Shown piece after piece: positions 59,885 to 61,114 of a DNA stretch of 61,114 nt. The translations under genes were made by a program, and so were the position numbers. Below the pieces are notes generated by a model. The model was given only the letters and a program-made list of their open reading frames with translations. It had not been told where the DNA came from and did no database searches. The stretch comes from a virus (taxonomy: Duplodnaviria > Caudoviricetes): positions 1 through 61,114 of IMG/VR virus record IMGVR_UViG_3300044691_000260. One strand, written 5' to 3'. How positions within the stretch are numbered: the stretch's first letter is position 1; each line of letters starts with the position of its first letter.

Positions 59885-60745
59885 GTGGCACTCACCTCCA
59901 TCGGCAAGTGGGCCGACTACTCCGGTGGCCGGCCTACTGGCGCCGCACTCAAAGCTGCGGGTTTCATCGGCGCGATCCGGTACGTCGGGCTCGGTGCCGC
60001 AGGGAAACGCGTCACCGCTGCCGAGTACAAGGATCTCACCGGCGCTGGGCTGCAGGTGCTGCTTGTCGCCGAACTGGGGACCACGGACACGTGGGGCACC
60101 TCGACCGACGACGACTATGCCCGCGGGAAAGCCAACGCACTAGCTGCGCTGGCCGATGCCCGCGCGGCCGGCGTCCCCGACTCGGTTGGGATCGCCGGTG
60201 CATCCGACGCGCACACCACAGCGCAGTGGCAGATCAACGACACCGTCATCTACATCTCCGCGTTCCGGGACGTCCTCGGCCTCGCCCGCGCCGGCCACTA
60301 CGGGTTCAGCGACTCTCAGACCGCGGTGCACGTCGCGGGTGTCGCGTCGTGGTACTGGCGTTGCGGGACCCAACCCACGGAGACGTGGGTCGCGTTCTGG
60401 CAGCGGAACTCAGGCACCACCACCGTCACCGTCTCCGGCGTCCAGTGCGACGTCAACGAGCAGTACCTACCGATTGGAGCACCCGACATGCTTCTCACCG
60501 ACAACGTCCGTATGCCGAACTGGGCAGGCGTGGACACCCCGGCCACGGTCAAGACCGTGAACAACTGCCTCGCCGAGGACAACATCCGCATCCAGCAGAT
60601 CGCGGCCGCCGTCGCCGGACTCACGTCCGCGCTCGCCGCGGCGACCACCAACCCTGCGATCACCCCCCAGATGGTCACCGACGCGATCAACGCTGCGGTG
60701 GCCGCTCACGTCAAGGTCAGCATCGACGTCAGCCCCACCGCGTAG
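59885..60745 (+). CDS. Endolysin, DUF1906/GH25-like glycoside hydrolase
   Basis: DYS..RP..LKAAGFIGAIRY, GHYG and CDVN. Confidence 0.8.
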   Translation: MALTSIGKWADYSGGRPTGAALKAAGFIGAIRYVGLGAAGKRVTAAEYKDLTGAGLQVLLVAELGTTDTWGTSTDDDYARGKANALAALADARAAGVPDSVGIAGASDAHTTAQWQINDTVIYISAFRDVLGLARAGHYGFSDSQTAVHVAGVASWYWRCGTQPTETWVAFWQRNSGTTTVTVSGVQCDVNEQYLPIGAPDMLLTDNVRMPNWAGVDTPATVKTVNNCLAEDNIRIQQIAAAVAGLTSALAAATTNPAITPQMVTDAINAAVAAHVKVSIDVSPTA

Positions 60746-60796
60746 CTCATGGGCCAACACCGGCACCCACTCAACGAACCCCTGATCGGAGAAACC

Positions 60797-60991
60797 ATGC
60801 TCGCCACTCTCGCGAAGTACAAGAAGGTCGTCACGGCGATCCTCGCTCAGCTGCCCGCCCCCGTCGTCCTCGGCATCCTCGCCGCGGTCGGTGTTCACGT
60901 GCCCGCGGGCATCGTGGCCGCGATCCTGGCCGCTGTCGCCGCGATCGTCACCCCCGTCGCGGTCGGCGTCGTCAAGAACACCACCCCGTAG
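60797..60991 (+). CDS. Holin
   Basis: 64-aa two-TM protein after the endolysin, ending VKN. Confidence 0.7.
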   Translation: MLATLAKYKKVVTAILAQLPAPVVLGILAAVGVHVPAGIVAAILAAVAAIVTPVAVGVVKNTTP

Positions 60992-61114
60992 GTCCGACAC
61001 CCCTACTGCCGCCCCGTCGGAGGCGGCACAAGGCCCCCGGTACTCCCTGGCATCCCCTGCCCAGGTTGAGTATCGGGGGCCTGCTTTTTTGTGCCCAAAA
61101 TCAGATGTTCAGCA

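Overview
The window is a complete, circularly assembled genome (about 60,987 bp) of a temperate, high-GC actinobacterial siphovirus. Bases 1-127 equal 60988-61114, and attP is intact, so this is the excised or virion form. Left end: an XRE/DUF5753 + DUF397 regulator pair, divergent from a three-gene micro-operon that ends in a highly structured non-coding stretch. Next come a tRNA-3'-half attP, a tyrosine integrase, repressor/Cro, an excisionase and a Bro-N/ANT antirepressor. The early region encodes a Rad52-like annealing protein, WhiB, HNH nucleases, an initiator with an internal iteron/DnaA-box origin, a resolvase and a C5 methyltransferase. A roughly 20 kb array of small accessory genes follows; neighbouring genes share near-identical junction repeats and many carry frameshift or deletion scars. 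The late region has HK97-type head genes, an unusual glycosyltransferase-like/LamG cluster behind the capsid gene, tail genes (a -1 frameshifting chaperone, an inserted EndoVII nuclease, a tape measure with an SLT domain), and a lysis region that includes a papain-like protease. All product calls come from motif recognition by eye; no database searches were run.
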